A stretch of 64,000 nt of DNA from Dehalococcoidia bacterium (GTDB taxonomy: Bacteria > Chloroflexota > Dehalococcoidia > GIF9 > UBA5629). The stretch is from contig DAOTWF010000027.1 of the NCBI GenBank assembly GCA_034435835.1, forward strand, positions 15,725 to 79,724, written 5' to 3'. The notes beneath the pieces were generated by a model that saw nothing but the letters and a program-made list of their open reading frames with translations, ran no database searches and was not told the origin of the DNA. A program made the translations under genes and the position numbers. Position 1 is the first letter of the stretch. The number at the start of each line of letters is the position of its first letter. Shown here in pieces: positions 62,832 to 64,000 of the stretch.

Positions 62832-63248
62832 CTATTTCGCTGGCGTATGGAGATCGAGCGGACCAAGTCTTCTTATCTGTTCGGTCATCTCACTGACGAC
62901 TGCGGCAAAGCGGTCAGCCTCTGACGCTGATACCCAGTCCAGCCTCAGCCTCTCCGGTTCGATGCCAAACTGGGAAATGAGTTTCTTCAAAAGTGGGATT
63001 CTTCTAACCTCTTTTACATTACCTTCCAGGTAATGACATTCGCCGGGATGTCAGCCGCAGACCAGGACGCCGTCTGCCCCGAGCTCAAATGCTTTTAGGA
63101 TTAGGGTGGGCTCGACACGCCCGCTGCACATGACACGGACTATGCGGATGTTAGGGGGATATTTCTTTCGGGACGTGCCAGCAAGGTCAGCGGCAGCATA
63201 AGCGCACCAGTTACACATGAAGCCTACGATTCTTGGTTCGAAACTCAT
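62832..63248 (-). CDS. mvhD: MvhD/FlpD, selenocysteine form (138 aa)
   Basis: TGA at 63051-63053 lies in [17 protein letters not shown], the position of Cys in the paralogue's GCHPGDCHY. The frame stays homologous to TAG at 62832. Confidence 0.9.
63017..63053 (-). promoter_or_regulatory. Bacterial SECIS-like element
   Basis: UGA, 15 nt, then CAUUACCU-GGA-AGGUAAUG (8-bp stem, G-containing loop); absent at the same position in the Cys paralogue. Confidence 0.75.
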
Positions 63249-64000
63249 ATCAGCACTCCTTCCAGTTCTGACATGATTTGCTCTGTGGTGAAGTGTCTAG
63301 CCGTAATGGCACCGCTGGGACAGGCTGCAGCACAGGTACCACAGCCTTTACACATAGCCTCGTTAATCACTGAGACCTTCTCATCTTCGTTGAATGAGAC
63401 AGCGTTATATGAACAGAGGGAAATACAGGTCTTACATCCTGAACACAGTTGTTTGTCGACGAAGGCGGTAGTTGGTTCGGTCTCTACGCTGCCCTTGGTG
63501 ATGATAGCCATGGCTCGTGCAGCGGCTGCTGAAGCCTGAGCAACAGTGTCAGGTATATCTTTGGGCCCCTGACAACAGCCGGCGATGAGCACACCTTCGG
63601 TGGTGGTGGCTACTGGATCAAGCTTGGGGTGTTTTTCTAGGAAGAAGCCATCCCGACTACGGCTTATGGAGAATAGCTTAGCGGTTTCGCCAGTGTCTGC
63701 CCTAGGCTCAAGGGCGACGCTCAGGATGACAAGGTCTACCGGGAGACGCCGCTGCCTGGAGATGAGTGTGTCCTCACAGACAACGATAAGCTTTCCTTGC
63801 TCTTCGGGAGTCTCGGCAACATCGGTGACCTCTCCAGCACGGCCCCTGATGAAGTTTACCCCTTCTTCCTGGAGGCGGTTGTAGAATTCTTCGTAACCTT
63901 TGCCGAAGCAGCGCAGGTCAATATACAGGTCGTAGATTATGGCGTCAGGAATTTTTTCCCTGATGATGTGGGCAAATTTTAGCGAATGCATGCAGCAAAC
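63245..64000 (-). CDS. hdrA: HdrA-like flavoprotein (copy 1), C-terminal part; 5' end outside the window
   Basis: Frame is open to the window edge ([10 protein letters not shown]...[15 protein letters not shown]...[11 protein letters not shown]...[12 protein letters not shown]); ATGA overlap with mvhD(Sec). Confidence 0.95.
   Translation of the reverse strand, partial: VCCMHSLKFAHIIREKIPDAIIYDLYIDLRCFGKGYEEFYNRLQEEGVNFIRGRAGEVTDVAETPEEQGKLIVVCEDTLISRQRRLPVDLVILSVALEPRADTGETAKLFSISRSRDGFFLEKHPKLDPVATTTEGVLIAGCCQGPKDIPDTVAQASAAAARAMAIITKGSVETEPTTAFVDKQLCSGCKTCISLCSYNAVSFNEDEKVSVINEAMCKGCGTCAAACPSGAITARHFTTEQIMSELEGVLI

Noticed and set aside
63051-63248. 65-aa truncated mvhD pseudogene, as implied by the ORF track
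   Set aside because: The stop is a TGA at a conserved Cys position, with an intact downstream frame and a SECIS-like hairpin; selenocysteine explains it better.

Overview
This is a gene-dense, mostly core-genome window from an anaerobic bacterium. The gene content and order (argJBDGH-rpe-rpmB-DAK2-recG-argS-trpS, EF-G2, Hdr/Mvh, ETF) suggest Dehalococcoidia (Chloroflexota); this is inferred, not searched. The left end holds a lipid/organic-acid catabolic cluster (paired acyl-CoA dehydrogenases, a family-5 solute-binding protein, an acyl-CoA ligase), a zinc-ribbon/beta-propeller membrane protein, an ABC module, a K+-independent H+-PPase and mutS. The middle holds arginine biosynthesis, translation genes, etfBA and an H+-type F1Fo operon. 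The right end holds a Fur-family gene with a Nik/Cbi ECF transporter and two tandem HdrA-MvhD modules feeding a group 3c [NiFe]-hydrogenase. I saw no tRNA, rRNA, CRISPR array or mobile element. The best signals are ones the ORF track misses or truncates: (1) a selenocysteine MvhD with an in-frame TGA and SECIS-like hairpin beside a Cys-containing paralogue; (2) an unannotated 41-aa membrane ORF with a perfect SD between atpE and atpF; (3) a DUF151/bifunctional nuclease carrying an inserted ~79-aa domain whose free-standing homologue lies 16 kb away; (4) a 34-aa Lys-rich ORF heading the argS operon; (5) paired Fur/Nur-like boxes at the metal transporter. All family calls come from motif recognition by eye.
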